A DNA stretch of 63,861 nucleotides, filler included, from Octopus bimaculoides (GCF_001194135.2; 10 parts of 8 records of this genome joined end to end with filler, not necessarily neighbours in it); one strand, 5' to 3'; positions 1-14,535 are shown, numbered from the whole stretch's first letter. A program made the numbers and translations. The notes: a model not told the origin generated them from the sequence alone.

Positions 1-283
1 TATGTATGTATGTATGTATGTATGTATGTATATGAGTGTATGCAGACGTGTATATCTGCGTTTTTTTTTTATATTTTAGGTTTAGTTTCATTTTTTTTTA
101 TATAGTTGCCCTGCGAAAATGTATGCGTATGTGTTGGTGTTTGTGCGTGTGTCGGTGTGCGTGCGTGTGTGTGTATGAATATTTGTGTGTGTGTCTTTGT
201 GTATGTGTGTGTGAGTGTGTGGTCATGCATGAGCGAGTATGCTTATTTGAATGTGCGAAGATTGCGGTTGTCATCGTTGTTGC

Positions 284-323
<40 letters not shown>

Positions 324-457
324 AATATACATCTATTTGTTGATACGGATTGTACATGCCGATATTCTGCTGTCTCGTTCTCCATCATCATCATCATTAT
401 CATTATCGTCAGAATCACCACAATCATCACCATCTCTAACCTCACTACCACCACCAT

Positions 458-489
<32 letters not shown>

Positions 490-700
490 CCATCACCATC
501 ATCCGCATCATCATTATCATCATCACTATAATAATCTAAATGCCATATCTCAATCCTCCATTGTTATTGATATTATCGCTGCTGTTGGTCTAGGTTAAAA
601 TGATGATGATGGTTGCGGTAGTTGTGGTGGTGGTGGTGGTGGTGGCGGTGGTGGTGGTGATGCTAAGGAGGAAACTGATGAAAATTTCAGTTCAATTATT
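1..700. repeat. Compound microsatellite block (TATG, TG, GTT, ATC, GGT). Similar blocks occur throughout, e.g. 1315-1600, 2620-2870, 3140-3470, 6610-6890, 17400-17710, 20460-20640, 34520-36300, 43980-44150, 61700-62430
   Basis: Read directly from the sequence; these blocks account for most ORFs in the track. Confidence 0.95.
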
Positions 701-1385
701 CNNNNNNNNNNNNNNNNNNNNNNNNNNNNNNNNNNNNNNNNNNNNNNNNNNNNNNNNNNNNNNNNNNNNNNNNNNNNNNNNNNNNNNNNNNNNNNNNNNN
801 NNNNNNNNNNNNNNNNNNNNNNNNNNNNNNNNNNNNNNNNNNNNNNNNNNNNNNNNNNNNNNNNNNNNNNNNNNNNNNNNNNNNNNNNNNNNNNNNNNNN
901 NNNNNNNNNNNNNNNNNNNNNNNNNNNNNNNNNNNNNNNNNNNNNNNNNNNNNNNNNNNNNNNNNNNNNNNNNNNNNNNNNNNNNNNNNNNNNNNNNNNN
1001 NNNNNNNNNNNNNNNNNNNNNNNNNNNNNNNNNNNNNNNNNNNNNNNNNNNNNNNNNNNNNNNNNNNNNNNNNNNNNNNNNNNNNNNNNNNNNNNNNNNN
1101 NNNNNNNNNNNNNNNNNNNNNNNNNNNNNNNNNNNNNNNNNNNNNNNNNNNNNNNNNNNNNNNNNNNNNNNNNNNNNNNNNNNNNNNNNNNNNNNNNNNN
1201 NNNNNNNNNNNNNNNNNNNNNNNNNNNNNNNNNNNNNNNNNNNNNNNNNNNNNNNNNNNNNNNNNNNNNNNNNNNNNNNNNNNNNNNNNNNNNNNNNNNN
1301 NNNNNNNNNNNNNNTATATATATATATATATATATACATCTTTGTACGAATATGGATATCTTCGTACGAATATCTACAGCTACAC

Positions 1386-1455
<70 letters not shown>

Positions 1456-1529
1456 GTGTGTGTGTACACACACATGCATTCGTAGAAAGGTTGTACAAAT
1501 ATATGGCTGTACATAGATAAACATATAGT

Positions 1530-1593
<64 letters not shown>

Positions 1594-2372
1594 TGTCTTC
1601 ATATATACACATATGCAGATAAATGTTTATATATATACACAATTTCTAAATACATGTGCACACATACATATATACACATACATATATACACAATCACACG
1701 CACATATAAATAGAAACACCTCATCATTGTGCATCTCAACCTTGTTTGTGTTGTGTTTATCTTTCCTTGTTTATTATTTGTTGTTTCTTTATATTATTGC
1801 TGATATATTGATATATTTATTAATTTATTTCTTTGTCTATTTATTCATTTTATTTGTCGTGAAATTCCTGAGAAAGATGCCGTGTCGACAATAATTACGA
1901 AATCGCTGAAGACTACGCCATAATTGTTCAGCCACCATTCCAAATATTTCGGAGAGGTAATTCGTCCCAAAATGTTGCTGTTAAATATATTTTATCTGTT
2001 TATATTTCTTAGAATTTATTTTTACACTCAAACCTCGGCACCAACTGCGGCACCTCAACAAAACAAAGATTTAAATCGAGACAACGTTGCGTGCACGCCA
2101 ACGAGGTACTTCTGGTGAGAAGACTCACACGCATACCTACAGATAGTTACCTGTATACACGCTCACAGACATACACAGGCTGGCATAGACACAATTTTCA
2201 CTCAAATACATACACAATATGTACCACACAGACAAGAATATATATATGAATATATATATATATATATATATANNNNNNNNNNNNNNNNNNNNNNNNNNNN
2301 NNNNNNNNNNNNNNNNNNNNNNNNNNNNNNNNNNNNNNNNNNNNNNNNNNNNNNNNNNNNNNNNNNNNNNNN

Positions 2373-2403
<31 letters not shown>

Positions 2404-3425
2404 TGTATGTATATATGTATGTGTATGTGTGTGCTTGTGTGTATAGACGTATATTTAAAAGAAGGGAAAAACGGATATGGAAGGAAGATAAGGAGAACAA
2501 GACAACAAAAAACAACAATATATTGGACAATATTAAAAGTCTTCGATAATCGCCCAAAACTGAAATGTAAATATGCGAACGAAAGAGGAACAATAACCGA
2601 GGAACCAGAAATGAGAGAAACAGCAGCAGGGACAGCAGCAGGAGCAGCGGGAGCAGCGGGAGCAGCGGTATCAATGACGACACCGAACACTTCGACTGCC
2701 ACAAAAGCATGATCATTATCGTCGTCATCATCCTCATCATTATCATCATCATCATCGGCGTCGTCATCGTCATCATCATCAACATCATCATCATCATGAA
2801 TAACAATAACAAGAATAGAAACAGCATCATCACCACCATCATCATCTACAACCGGAAGAGAAACCAACAACAAGCCACAATGGCAAAAACAAAGGAAGAC
2901 CACAACACATGAAAATCCTATCGAAATAAAAGAGGAAGAAAATGGGAAAAAATGGCTGAAAATGGGTTTTAATAAATGAAGAAAGAAAGAAAGAAGAAGA
3001 AGAAATAGATAAATTACAGAAATATTTCGAAAGGGAATCGGTGGGGTTTTTATTTCAAATTTTCTTTCAAATTCAATTCCATAAATAAAACAAATTTTAT
3101 CTTCTCATTTTCATTCTCCCGCTCATTTAATCCTGCACATCACCATCGTCATCATAACCTCACCATCACCATCATCATTATGGTTGTTACCATCATCATC
3201 ATCATCACTATCGTTGCAATCATCATCGTCAGCAGCAGCATCATCATCATTTCCATCACCATCACCTTCATCATCACCGCCATCACCATTGTTATCAACA
3301 TCATCATCATCATCAACATCATTATCATTTTCATCAGTGTTGTTAAAACGCTTACAATTGCTAATTTTTTTTACATGAAATTTGCGTATGTAGTATCTTT
3401 AATACATAAACATATGGATCAGCGC

Positions 3426-3464
<39 letters not shown>

Positions 3465-4578
3465 AGGGTATATAATTTAGTAAAATTTTCGTACCGATGG
3501 CTAGCATGCGTAATAGAATATGTTGTCTATANNNNNNNNNNNNNNNNNNNNNNNNNNNNNNNNNNNNNNNNNNNNNNNNNNNNNNNNNNNNNNNNNNNNN
3601 NNNNNNNNNNNNNNNNNNNNNNNNNNNNNNNNNNNNNNNNNNNNNNNNNNNNNNNNNNNNNNNNNNNNNNNNNNNNNNNNNNNNNNNNNNNNNNNNNNNN
3701 NNNNNNNNNNNNNNNNNNNNNNNNNNNNNNNNNNNNNNNNNNNNNNNNNNNNNNNNNNNNNNNNNNNNNNNNNNNNNNNNNNNNNNNNNNNNNNNNNNNN
3801 NNNNNNNNNNNNNNNNNNNNNNNNNNNNNNNNNNNNNNNNNNNNNNNNNNNNNNNNNNNNNNNNNNNNNNNNNNNNNNNNNNNNNNNNNNNNNNNNNNNN
3901 NNNNNNNNNNNNNNNNNNNNNNNNNNNNNNNNNNNNNNNNNNNNNNNNNNNNNNNNNNNNNNNNNNNNNNNNNNNNNNNNNNNNNNNNNNNNNNNNNNNN
4001 NNNNNNNNNNNNNNNNNNNNNNNNNNNNNNNNNNNNNNNNNNNNNNNNNNNNNNNNNNNNNNNNNNNNNNNNNNNNNNNNNNNNNNNNNNNNNNNNNNNN
4101 NNNNNNNNNNNNNNNNNNNNNNNNNNNNNNNNNNNNNNNNNNNNNNNNNNNNNNNNNNNNNNNNNNNNNNNNNNNNNNNNNNNNNNNNNNNNNNNNNNNN
4201 NNNNNNNNNNNNNNNNNNNNNNNNNNNNNNNNNNNNATGTGTGTGTGTGTCTTTTTTTTTCTGTAAATTTTCTTTAAGAACTGATGTTGAAAATTCCGAA
4301 TTAAAGTGTGTTTATAATCTTTTGCAAAACGCAACATCCCAAAATGGAAGCAACAAAACGTTTCAATGATTTCCAGCGTTGAGATTAGAGGAGTGTGAAA
4401 AACTGAGATGAAATCATCAATACGCATTACCATCGCCATCGTAGCTCATGAAAGTTTTGTTGTAAAATGGCGAAAAACCTATTTTGAAGTGGAGCGGGTA
4501 GATTAATGTTGTTAGGAGGTGGGGTGTTAGTGGTGAGTGTATGTTTGAAATAAATGAACTTTCATTCCGTTTGCTTAC

Positions 4579-4727
4579 CTTCGTTCTAATTCCGGATCCT
4601 GGTTACATAAGCACTTAAATGAAGATGTTGCTGCCTCGCAATTGTTATATTTACCGAAGTGGCTTTCGGATGGAGACCTCTGAAACATCCATGACGCATC
4701 TTTGATTATGTTAGAATACAACAGATG
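4579..4727 (-). CDS. Candidate internal exon, 149 nt (HLLYSNIIKDASWMFQRSPSESHFGKYNNCEAATSSFKCLCNQDPELER)
   Basis: Minus-strand acceptor ctatttgtacttatatttcAG and donor AAG|GTAAGC. Only one frame is open throughout. Product not recognised. Confidence 0.4.
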
Positions 4728-5155
4728 CTGAAATATAAGTACAAATAGATGTACAGTGTGTGTATATATACGTAAATGCGTATACACATCCATGCATGTG
4801 TGTGTATCCAAGCATGGATACAGACATATTTTTGTATAACTTCTCTAGGCTTAGTGAATGTAAAACTGCTGTCTGTCCTGTCCATTTCTACGCGCCCCTG
4901 ATGATGCGTTGTCGTTGAGCATCTAAACGCATTTGGTTCCTAACAACCATAATTGGGAAACGCACGTAGGAACTGTAATATAAACCTACGTTTATCCTTA
5001 TTTCTGCTATATTTGTTCTGTAGTTTATAACTATTAATACTATTCAGTGTAGAAGTTAATTCAACAAATATACAGGAAACAGACTGGACGATGACAATCC
5101 ACGTAAAGCTCTAAACAGAACAGGAACAGTCGTACAAATTTCTATTATATGTACA

Positions 5156-5196
<41 letters not shown>

Positions 5197-5236
5197 NNNN
5201 NNNNNNCACACACACATACATACATACATACATACA

Positions 5237-5269
<33 letters not shown>

Positions 5270-5561
5270 TAGGATTATGACTTTTTCAAAAGCTAATAAC
5301 CCTATACTGTAATTTGATGAATAATTTCCTAAAAGCCATGAAACTAGCATTCATTTTGCTTCATTTCAAAAAATCCCAACTTAAGAAATCAATCACCACT
5401 TCTGACCCCAGTCATGTAAAATTCTAGTGGGGTTCATAACACCTGCTCAAGTTTTTACCAAACTTGGTGTGCTGACCCAATGCAATGCATAAATGGTATA
5501 TCTGAAATTTCAGCTTTCTAGTCGAAGTAGTTTCGGAGCTATGGGATTTTAAAACTATAAT

Positions 5562-5576
5562 CACTAGGTGGCGCTA
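5562..5576 (+). promoter_or_regulatory. CTCF-like motif CACTAGGTGGCGCTA
   Basis: Near-perfect match to the metazoan CTCF core CCACYAGRKGGCRSYR (first C replaced by T), in an otherwise AT-rich context. Confidence 0.4.
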
Positions 5577-6624
5577 GATTAACACTTCAGTGTTTCTGTT
5601 GCCTAAATCCTTGTAAACGAGAGAGAGATGTGGAATAAAAGTGTATTTATACATGTTTAAGATTACTGAATTGAAATTGCTCTATGCAAATGTTCAAAAC
5701 TGGGCTAATTTATGACAGAGGTCACTACAAGAATTCGTTAAGATACAAAATTAAAAACAATACATATTTTTTAACTTTATAGGTTTAATTCCAATTTTAA
5801 ATAACTGTGTAAGAAAAAGGGTGCTGAATGTTAGAAAATTCTTAAACACAAGGAAGAAAGGAAGGTAGGAAGATTGAAAGAAAGAAAATAGGAGACAGAG
5901 AGATAAGGAAGAAAGAAAGAACGAACAAATTCAAAAAAGAAGGAAAAGGAACGAATTACAGAACGAAGGAAACATAAATGACTGAGTTAAAGAATGAGAA
6001 AAGAAAAAAACAAAGAAAGAAGTGAAAAGAAACCAATAAAGAAAAGTAGAAAAAAATTGAACGAAAGAAAGAAAGAGAGAATGATTGAATGGAAATGAAG
6101 AAAAATAACAAATGACAAGGGAATGAAGAACGATAGAAGATAAAGGAAGGAAAATAAGCAAATTAAAATAAAATAAAAAAAGAGAAAAGGTTTTATGTTG
6201 GAGCGAACGCCTCATGTTTCATTAAAGCAGACGACATGGCTGTTTATTGACCAAACGACGTCCTTAGCAGACGATAGTTTCGTTGATTTCAATCTAAAAG
6301 AATTGTTTTACAATGGCGATACAAGATGGAGGGAGTTTCGTTTTGTAACTTGTTTACTAAGTAAATATCAATTGCCAACATTGAAACAGTGGCCTGTAAA
6401 GGCTACCTTTTTTTTTTTTTCAAACATTTGCTCACTGCCAACATTTCTTTCTAAAACATTTTAATCAAATATGATGGCGGATATTCTATTCATTTCATTT
6501 CTTTTCTCGAAAATTCTTTTATACTTTGTTTTAAATTCTGTACATTCTGACAGGCTGGGTGGAAAACACATCAAAATCTATTCCGTTACAATAGTTATCA
6601 TATTCAACTCATTATTATTATTAT

Positions 6625-6707
<83 letters not shown>

Positions 6708-6794
6708 AGAAGAAGAAGAAGAATGCAGAAAACAAAGAAATCGCTGTCTTTGAATAATTATTATTGCAAGTATTATTTTTACTATTATTTTTAC

Positions 6795-6827
<33 letters not shown>

Positions 6828-6999
6828 GATTATTATTATTATTTTGCCACCAGGGCGAAGGATAATGATAATAATAATATCACGATTTGGAAGTTTTTTG
6901 TAGTTATTTTTTTTTTTCATCTTTTATGCATTTACTGCTATTTACACCTTATGTGAACATTTCATTCTATCAGTCAAATGTGTGTGTGTGTGTGTGTGT

Positions 7000-7225
7000 T
7001 ATTTCTTTACTACCCACAAGGGGCTACACGAAGAGGGGACAAACAAGGACAGACAAACGGATTAAGTCGATTATATCGACCCCAGTGCGTAACTGGTACT
7101 TATTTAATCGACCCCGAAAGGATGAAAGGCAAAGTCAACCTCGGCGGAATTTGAACTCAGAACGTAGTGGCAGACGAAATACCGCTAAGCATTTCGCCCG
7201 GCGTGCTAACGTTTCTGCCAGCTCG

Positions 7226-7228
<3 letters not shown>
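7000..7228 (-). mobile_element. tRNA-derived SINE with a Deu/Nin-type core (family A). Other copies at about 9545-9750+, 19730-19890+, 22995-23200+, 28757-28982-, 33305-33450+, 43385-43580-, 53828-53990+, 55470-55607+
   Basis: Box A/B-like head (GGCAGAAACGTTAG..GAGTTCAAATTCC) and the core GCCTTTCATCCTTTCGGGGTCGATTAAATAAGTACCAG; more than 10 copies in the window. Confidence 0.85.
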
Positions 7229-7272
<44 letters not shown>

Positions 7273-7372
7273 NNNNNNNNNNNNNNNNNNNNNNNNNNNN
7301 NNNNNNNNNNNNNNNNTTAATTAATTAANNNNNNNNNNNNNNNNNNNNNNNNNNNNNNNNNNNNNNNNNNNN
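7273..7372. other. Artificial scaffold spacer 44N-TTAATTAATTAA-44N; also at 27321, 34420, 44181, 48901, 51095, 55608, 59747, 62046
   Basis: An identical 100-bp construct occurs nine times; the 12-mer is palindromic and has stops in all six frames. Confidence 0.97.
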
Positions 7373-7810
7373 CTCTTAATCTACATTATGTGAACTTTGA
7401 CTCCAAAAATTTGGACCCCCATTCCACCAGTATATAAGAGAAAACTGGAAAAGGTACCTAGACGATTGTTTCATCATCTGGAATGAAACCTATGATAAAC
7501 TCCTGGATTTCAAATCCACACTGAACAATATAAACTCCAATATTCAATTTACAATGGAATACAGCAATGAACATCTCCCATTTCTGGTCATTTTGATTAT
7601 GAAAATTCCAACAACCAAATTGTAAATGGCATCTACTACAAACCACCAGACTCAAAACGCACCATCCTAAACATACCAAAATAAATATCCCATTCAATCT
7701 AGCTAAAAGGATCTGTACAATTTTATCTGACAGAACCAATCGGGAACTTCGCCTACAAGACCTCCAAATAACACTCATTGAACGTCAGTACCCACCCGCA
7801 CTTATAGACC
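7373..7810 (+). mobile_element. Penelope-like element reverse transcriptase fragment (frameshifted)
   Basis: Translates FHQYIRENWKRYLDDCFIIWNETYDKLLDFKSTLNNINSNIQFTMEYSNEHLPFL, then IYYKP..HPKHTKINIPFNLAKRICTI. This is the PLE RT YxDD motif plus thumb region. Confidence 0.85.
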
Positions 7811-10800
7811 ATCTATTTTCATATTACTATTTCAGATGCAGATGACTGTAATATATGATTAATAACTGAATGGTGAGAAGTGATATCAGTGAAAAACCTT
7901 GCTAAATAAGAACATCGATTCGTATATGTGCTAAATAAGTACATCGATTAGCATTTGTGCTACAATATTATAATCTCCGCTAGAACGTCATGTAACCTTG
8001 GTGATATATAATCCACGATGAGAGCTCAATAATTGGGCTACCGTTACTATGCTCAGTACAGAAATAAATTCATAACGTATCTTACTAGAGATTAGCTATA
8101 TAGCTCACAAGCTATATCTAAACCTAATACAACATTATGTTAATCCATTCTGAGCAAACTTGCTCCTCTTCCTACAAAATATATACTTAGAGAAAATAAA
8201 TTAAATATGTTCCGAAAAACATCTGGCCTCGTATTTTAGTAGAGAAAATATAAAAGACAACGTTGCATAGCATTGCGTTTAGGGGAATAACTTGTACGTA
8301 ATATAACATCTGGCAGGTTTTACTTTTATCCATTTCTATTTAGAGTTCCACCGTTCTGGATACATAAAATACATAAGTAACAGTTCATACCATCTCTCTG
8401 GATATTAATGCTAACATTACACGCTTTGGAAAAATAATATTTCATATTGAATAAACCCGAATCTGAATTTCCATTTTCTCTTATAAGAATATTCTTTGAT
8501 CAGTAATGTACAACAAAGTTACAAGTAGTTTTTCTATTTTCACAAAGTTCAGTCTGTTTTATTATATAGTATTTCCTCAATTACACATTCAATATTTCTC
8601 TGACTGTCTATATTTCTGTCTGTCTTTGACTCTCTCTCCCTTCCTCTGTCCCTCACTATTACACAAGCAATAAACGACTGATTCAGGTGACATCAATAGT
8701 ATATTGATATTAAAAAATATATGTGTTAGTGTTTCTTATGTCACATATAGTTACTAAATTGAACAAAGTTATATTGGCTCATCTATTTGACTGAACTTCA
8801 TAATCAATATCGCTTAAAAGTACTGGCTAAGAATCTTAATTTCCCTTCTATGGTCTCGTGTTTTTGACCTAACAGCTACGTGTCAATTCTTTGTTTGGCT
8901 TGTCTTACGTTGTTTTTGTTACGTTCTTTTTTTACTGTATTTTTTGTTTTATTGATCATGCAAAACAGTCAGGAAAAACGAAATTAAAAATATATAAAAA
9001 TAACAACACTAAGGGGAGAGAGAGAGTGAGAGAAAGAAAGAGAGGTGGAGAAAGAAAAAGTGAGCTATAAAGTGATGGAAATATTTCATTTGCGGCTGTG
9101 TAATCATTGACTGTACACTTCCAAACATGTGCCATCGATTTTGCTTTTTGTGGGGGAAGGTCTTCTGTCTCGTATTTACATCAGAACTGAGAATGAAAAA
9201 TTTCACAAATGATAGATGTAGGACGGTGACAAATGAATAAATAATGCGTATAGCAGACCAGTCTACACTACGCATCCAGGATGAATTTCAGAGGAGGACT
9301 CCATGTACTCGTCCTGCTAGAAATAGTGGAAGAATCCTTCTCAAACTTTCATATTTAATTTCACTTTACCAGAATCAAGGAACAAGTACCAATAATAGAC
9401 AAAATCATATTACAAATAACTTTGCAACTTCTACCGTAGAAAGTTTTTTTGTGTATGGTCAGTTGTAGACATTACTGCAAAGTAATAAATGTTAGACTGT
9501 TTCAAATTAACTGCTCTCGTCGTTTACTGTTGAGTTTCATATAAGGTGGCGAGCCGGCAGAATCGTTGGCACTCCTGACAAAATTATTAGTAGTATTTCT
9601 TCCGGCTTTACGTTCTGAGTCCAAATGCCGCAGAAGTCTATTTTACTTTTCATCTTTTTGGGGAAGATAGAATATGTACCAGATGAACTTTGGGGTCGAT
9701 ATGATCAGCTTACTCTTTCCCCAAAAATTGTTGGCTTTGAATTAAATTTTGACAGAAGTAATTAGTTTCGTTACCTGCTGAGGAGAGTATCAAGTCCTGT
9801 AACCGAGTTTATTTTATTCTTTTAACCTGTCTTGAATACTTGCCCTAATGAAAATCCATGAAAAACATATCAAAACAAAAAAAGAAACATTAATAAAATT
9901 TAATACACAGATTTGACGTAATATAGAAAACTTTCTATATGTATACCCTCAATATGAACTTTCTGATTTAGTACTACTTCGTCTCCACCAAATAAAGACC
10001 ATTTAAGTAATAACATAGTGTGAACGTTGCTTCAGCGCCTAATTGTTACACATATAAAACAACTTTATGATCTTACTTCCCTGACCCTCTATTATCATTC
10101 TTAAGCTTTAATGTGACCATCAGGTTTCAGCACATTGACAGAATAGATCTGAAATTGAATGATAAAATAAGTTGATTGGACACGATCCACAGAAGCACCT
10201 TTGCCTGTCGCCCAACCTGATTCAAAGAGTAGCTAAATTTCTGTTAAGCTGCAATGTATTTTACCTCAATGTTATAATACATTAGATAATGTAGTCAGGG
10301 AAACGTCATGTCACACAAATGACGAAATGGATCCGGTTCGAATGCAAAGTTTGCTCCATGATGATAGGCTTGGAACTCAAAACACGGTAACATTTAGCAG
10401 ACACATACCAATTAAAACACCATGTCACTCACTGAACCATATTTCAGCATATAAAAGACCTGTGTAATACATAAACCTATTTGCAAACTTAACAACTACC
10501 ACAGGTTATAGAATCCGATTTTATCCTATATTTATTGCTTAAACTAAATGTGTATTGCTGCGAATATAAAGCAAAAAATCAGCGACAGTAGCAACTTTTC
10601 TACGAAATGATTATTATAAACTGATAGACTATAATAAATATAATGCCATCTTGGTTTGTTGATACAAATCATATTATTTCGTTTAGCCACTATTTTAAAT
10701 TAAATTCAATTTTGTACGCTTTTCTATTGAATTTTATGTGTAAGTTTAATGGTCTATATATTGATCATAACAAAGTAGTGCCAGTTCTTTCTTCTCTCAC

Positions 10801-11184
10801 TCAATCTCTGAACCTCTTTCACCGCATACAGGAACATGCATACATACATACATACATATATACATACACACACACATGCACACATAGATACATACATACA
10901 CACGCACACGCACATGCACACACACATATGCACCTATATCTGTATATATGCATGTGGGCGTTCTTTGCGTGTATACAAGTATGCGGTTGTCATATATAAG
11001 AACTCCTCAATTCCACGTTTACTTTGTTGTACTTTGTTGCAGTAATAGAGCCTCCAGTATACTCTATGAAACCACCCGTGATGTAACATCCTAAGTGTGT
11101 GATAAAATATTCTGGGTTATTAAGCCGTAATCTCTTTTTAAACATGAAACCTTGGTGCATAAATATCACATCTCTCTGAAATAG

Positions 11185-11455
11185 ACATCAGCACACACAC
11201 ACACATAATCCCTCACATGCACACACACAAACAGACACACACACAAACAGGCACACACACAAACAGGCACACACACACAAACAGGCACATACACAAACAG
11301 GCACACACACAAACATGCACACACACACAAACAGGCACACACACAAACAGGCACACACACAAACAGGCACACACACAAACAGGCACACACACAAACAGGC
11401 ACACACACAAACAGGCACACACACAAACAGGCACACACACACACACACACACACA
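11185..11455. repeat. Minisatellite of (ACAAACAGGCACAC[AC]) units derived from (AC)n
   Basis: Repeated AAACAGGC interruptions every 14-18 bp within a CA tract. Confidence 0.9.
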
Positions 11456-12174
11456 TAGTATCAACACAAACAGAGCCAATCAAGCGGTCTCCCTTCATTT
11501 TGAAGAAAATGTCGAACAAGTACAATCGACTCTCGAATCCCATTGGACTCTTGTCAGAGGCATCTACATCAATTTAACCAAACCGAGAGAAACAAGAAAC
11601 CAATCTGTTCACATACTCAACAACCACAGCAGCCATTGAAAACCGAGTCCACTAATCTGCATCCGTGTTTACATTTTATTTTAGATATCAGGATATCGTC
11701 AGCGTGGATTTTACCTACACAGTATCAAGTTATGATATAATATATGGAAACCGCTTTGTATTTGTATTTGGTTTGAAAGACTCATCATGTGAATTAGTGT
11801 GTTGAAATAAAACTCATTGTGCATAGGAGGGATCATTGTGCCGATAAAATACTAAAAAATACACATGAACAGTTTTCATACTTCTTATCGTTCGCCAATC
11901 GGTTGAATATCTAAAAATTAGGTTGTTTGTCTCGGTTTTTTATGTCACTATTCGCGATTTCTTCAATGTCATGCTCGTACTCTTCAAAGTATGCCTCGAA
12001 TTCGAGAATTAGCCGTATGCCTATTTGTATGTAAACACGCACGTCTATATGTAGATGTATGAGTGTTTACTTATGGGTGTGCATTCTGCATATGCGCGAG
12101 TGTTCGGTGTGCACAGGATTTGTTGATAGGTAAACGTTTGTGCATGTATGTTTTGTGTGCGTGTGCGTGTTCCG

Positions 12175-12214
<40 letters not shown>

Positions 12215-12425
12215 CATGTGTGTACGAGTGGTTGTACATGTCTGTGTGCTCTTGTGTGAAGGTGTTTACGTTGATGCGCGTGTGGTTGCGCGTGTGTGCA
12301 TTGATGTGCACGTTATGTGCGTGTGCATGCGTGCACGTACATTGATATGGTTGTGTATCAGAATTGATCATATTTACATGCGTTTATCTGTATGGATTTC
12401 TTTGTACCCTGCTCTCATTTTAATA

Positions 12426-12469
<44 letters not shown>

Positions 12470-12479
12470 CATAGATAAA

Positions 12480-14535
12480 CTTAGATATATTTCGACCCAA
12501 AGATTGGTCCAGGCCATGTCTAACTTAATATCACAACCTGATAGGATTATATAAATCCTCTTTAAGTCTAGTTGTGTGGTATCATTTTACATTCAAGTAG
12601 TGAGTTCTTGTTGAGTGAGTTGTATCCACGTATAGGTGGCTTATCTGGTATTCCTTGAATAAATTTGTCCACACCCCGTTTAAAGGTGATGGGATCCTTT
12701 TATTCTTTGATCAGTTTTGAGAAAATGTTAAACAGATCGGGGCCTGTTGGGGAAAAGAAATTATGTCGCAATGTACCTACATGTTTTGATCCTGAATTGG
12801 GCAGGGGACGTATGGCCGTGGTCCCCACCCTTGGAGGAACCTTGAAGCTAATGTTCAAGTCGTTTGGGTATTTCTGGCGGTATATTCTCCACATCGTGCA
12901 AATGATGCACCGCTCACCTGGCCCTGGAGAGAGTAGAATTTCAAGGCTTTAAGGCATTCCCGGTAATCGAGATCAGTCATGTCCTTAATTCGTTTAGTGA
13001 ATGCCCTCTGGGGTGATTCAATTTTCAAGATGTTTTGCTTTATATGGGGAGACCCTTCTTTATTGATGATTTGCTGGAGCTTAGGGTCTTCAGCAAATAT
13101 TTTCATTCTGTAGTGCTTTACGACGCTGGAAAGATTGTTTATATAGATTATCAACAGGATCGGGCCCAAGACAGTTCCCTCTGGTGACATTTGCTGAGCT
13201 TTAGTGAACTCCATCGACCACAACCTATTGTGTTCTATTCGCCGGGAAATACTCAATCCAGTGTAGAAGTTTTCCTCGGATTCCCACATTTGCCAATTTT
13301 GAGAGTAAGATATTATGGTCAACCCTGTCTAACGCTTTACTGAAGTTAAGATATATGACATAAGAGTTCGAACCTATTCCCAAGGCTTTAAGTATAGTAT
13401 ATCCTTAATGTGGTATAAGAGCTGTGTTAGACAGTCCCTGCTACAGCAAAAGCCATGTTGACTTGCATTTAGGAGTTTGTGGATCTCCAGGAAGAAAGCT
13501 ATCCTTCATCTCATCAGTCTTTCAAACACTTTAATAATGTGGGAGGTGAGTGAAATTGGGCAATATTTGACTCCGAGGGATCTGTTTCCTGTTTGAAAAC
13601 CGGGATGACAGATTGAGATAGGAGCTGTTTCGGTATATAGCCTGAGTCTAAAGAATTTCTCCAGACGTTGGTCAGAGGGACTGCAAGTTGGTGTCTACAT
13701 TCCTTCAGGAGACTAGCGGGGAATCTATCAGTGCCTACAACAGAATAGTTATTTAACCTCATTTATTGCTGCTATGATGTCTGAAGCAGTGAAGATTATG
13801 TCCGAGATTTTATGCTGGAAATCAACTTCGTTCGCTTCTCTTATGTCAATATCAGTAGGATCACTAAAAACAGAGCAGTATTGTCTCTGCAGTATTTCTG
13901 CTATTTCTTTAGTATCGTGTTGGGGAACGCCGTTATCATCAATCAATAGCTCAATGAATGAAACAGAGGTTCTATGCTTATTTCCTAAGACTAAGATTTT
14001 TTTGATTACCTACTGTTCATCTGCAGCTCTTTGATATTCAATGGAGGCTTTCATGTCGGTCTGCAGATGAAGTTTTTCCAACTGCAGTCTTTTCATTTTT
14101 GTTGAACGCGGATGTTGTATGTGAGAGTATTTTAATTGGTTGATTTTTTAATTGAGTCTTTTGAAGCGCCTGGTGAGTGTGTTTTTTTCTTTCTAGGGAG
14201 CCGTTTCTGTTTGTGTTAGTGGATTTCGTAGGAGCTTGTTTTGAGCATGTATAGGTGACAAAGTACTCAAAGTGCTGCCATGCAGTCTCAATGTGAATAG
14301 AACTGAGAGTGAATGACCAGTCGATAAAGTACAAATCCTTTCTGGTTGTTATCCAGTCTGCTTTGTGGAAGTTTATGTCGTCAAATACGTACAGTGGAGT
14401 GGGATTGCCTGGTTTGGTTTTGTTATGCCAGGAATTAAAGTTGCAGAGTATCATGTCGTGGTCTGAGAGGAGAGTTATTTCAACTGAAATACTGGGAATG
14501 GAGCTAGAATGATTGGTTAATATTAGAGCTCTTTC
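12480..14535 (-). mobile_element. Decayed CR1/jockey-group LINE (endonuclease remnant plus RT, internally deleted, multiple frameshifts)
   Basis: DDINFHKADW (APE); GTDRFPASLLKECRHQLAVPL..IPVFK; GTVLGPILLIIYINNL..IFAEDPKL; IESPQRAFTKRIKDMTDLDYRECLKALKFYSLQ; C-terminal DKFIQGIPDKP. Confidence 0.9.

Noticed and set aside
1846-1977. Possible terminal exon on the minus strand that joins 4579-4727 in phase (SNILGRITSPKYLEWWLNNYG...RQIK*)
   Set aside because: The acceptor is purine-rich, other frames and the opposite strand are equally plausible, and no homology was recognised.
2407-2712. ORF with TAAGAAGAAG repeats
   Set aside because: Degenerate GCA/ATC trinucleotide tract with no splice support.
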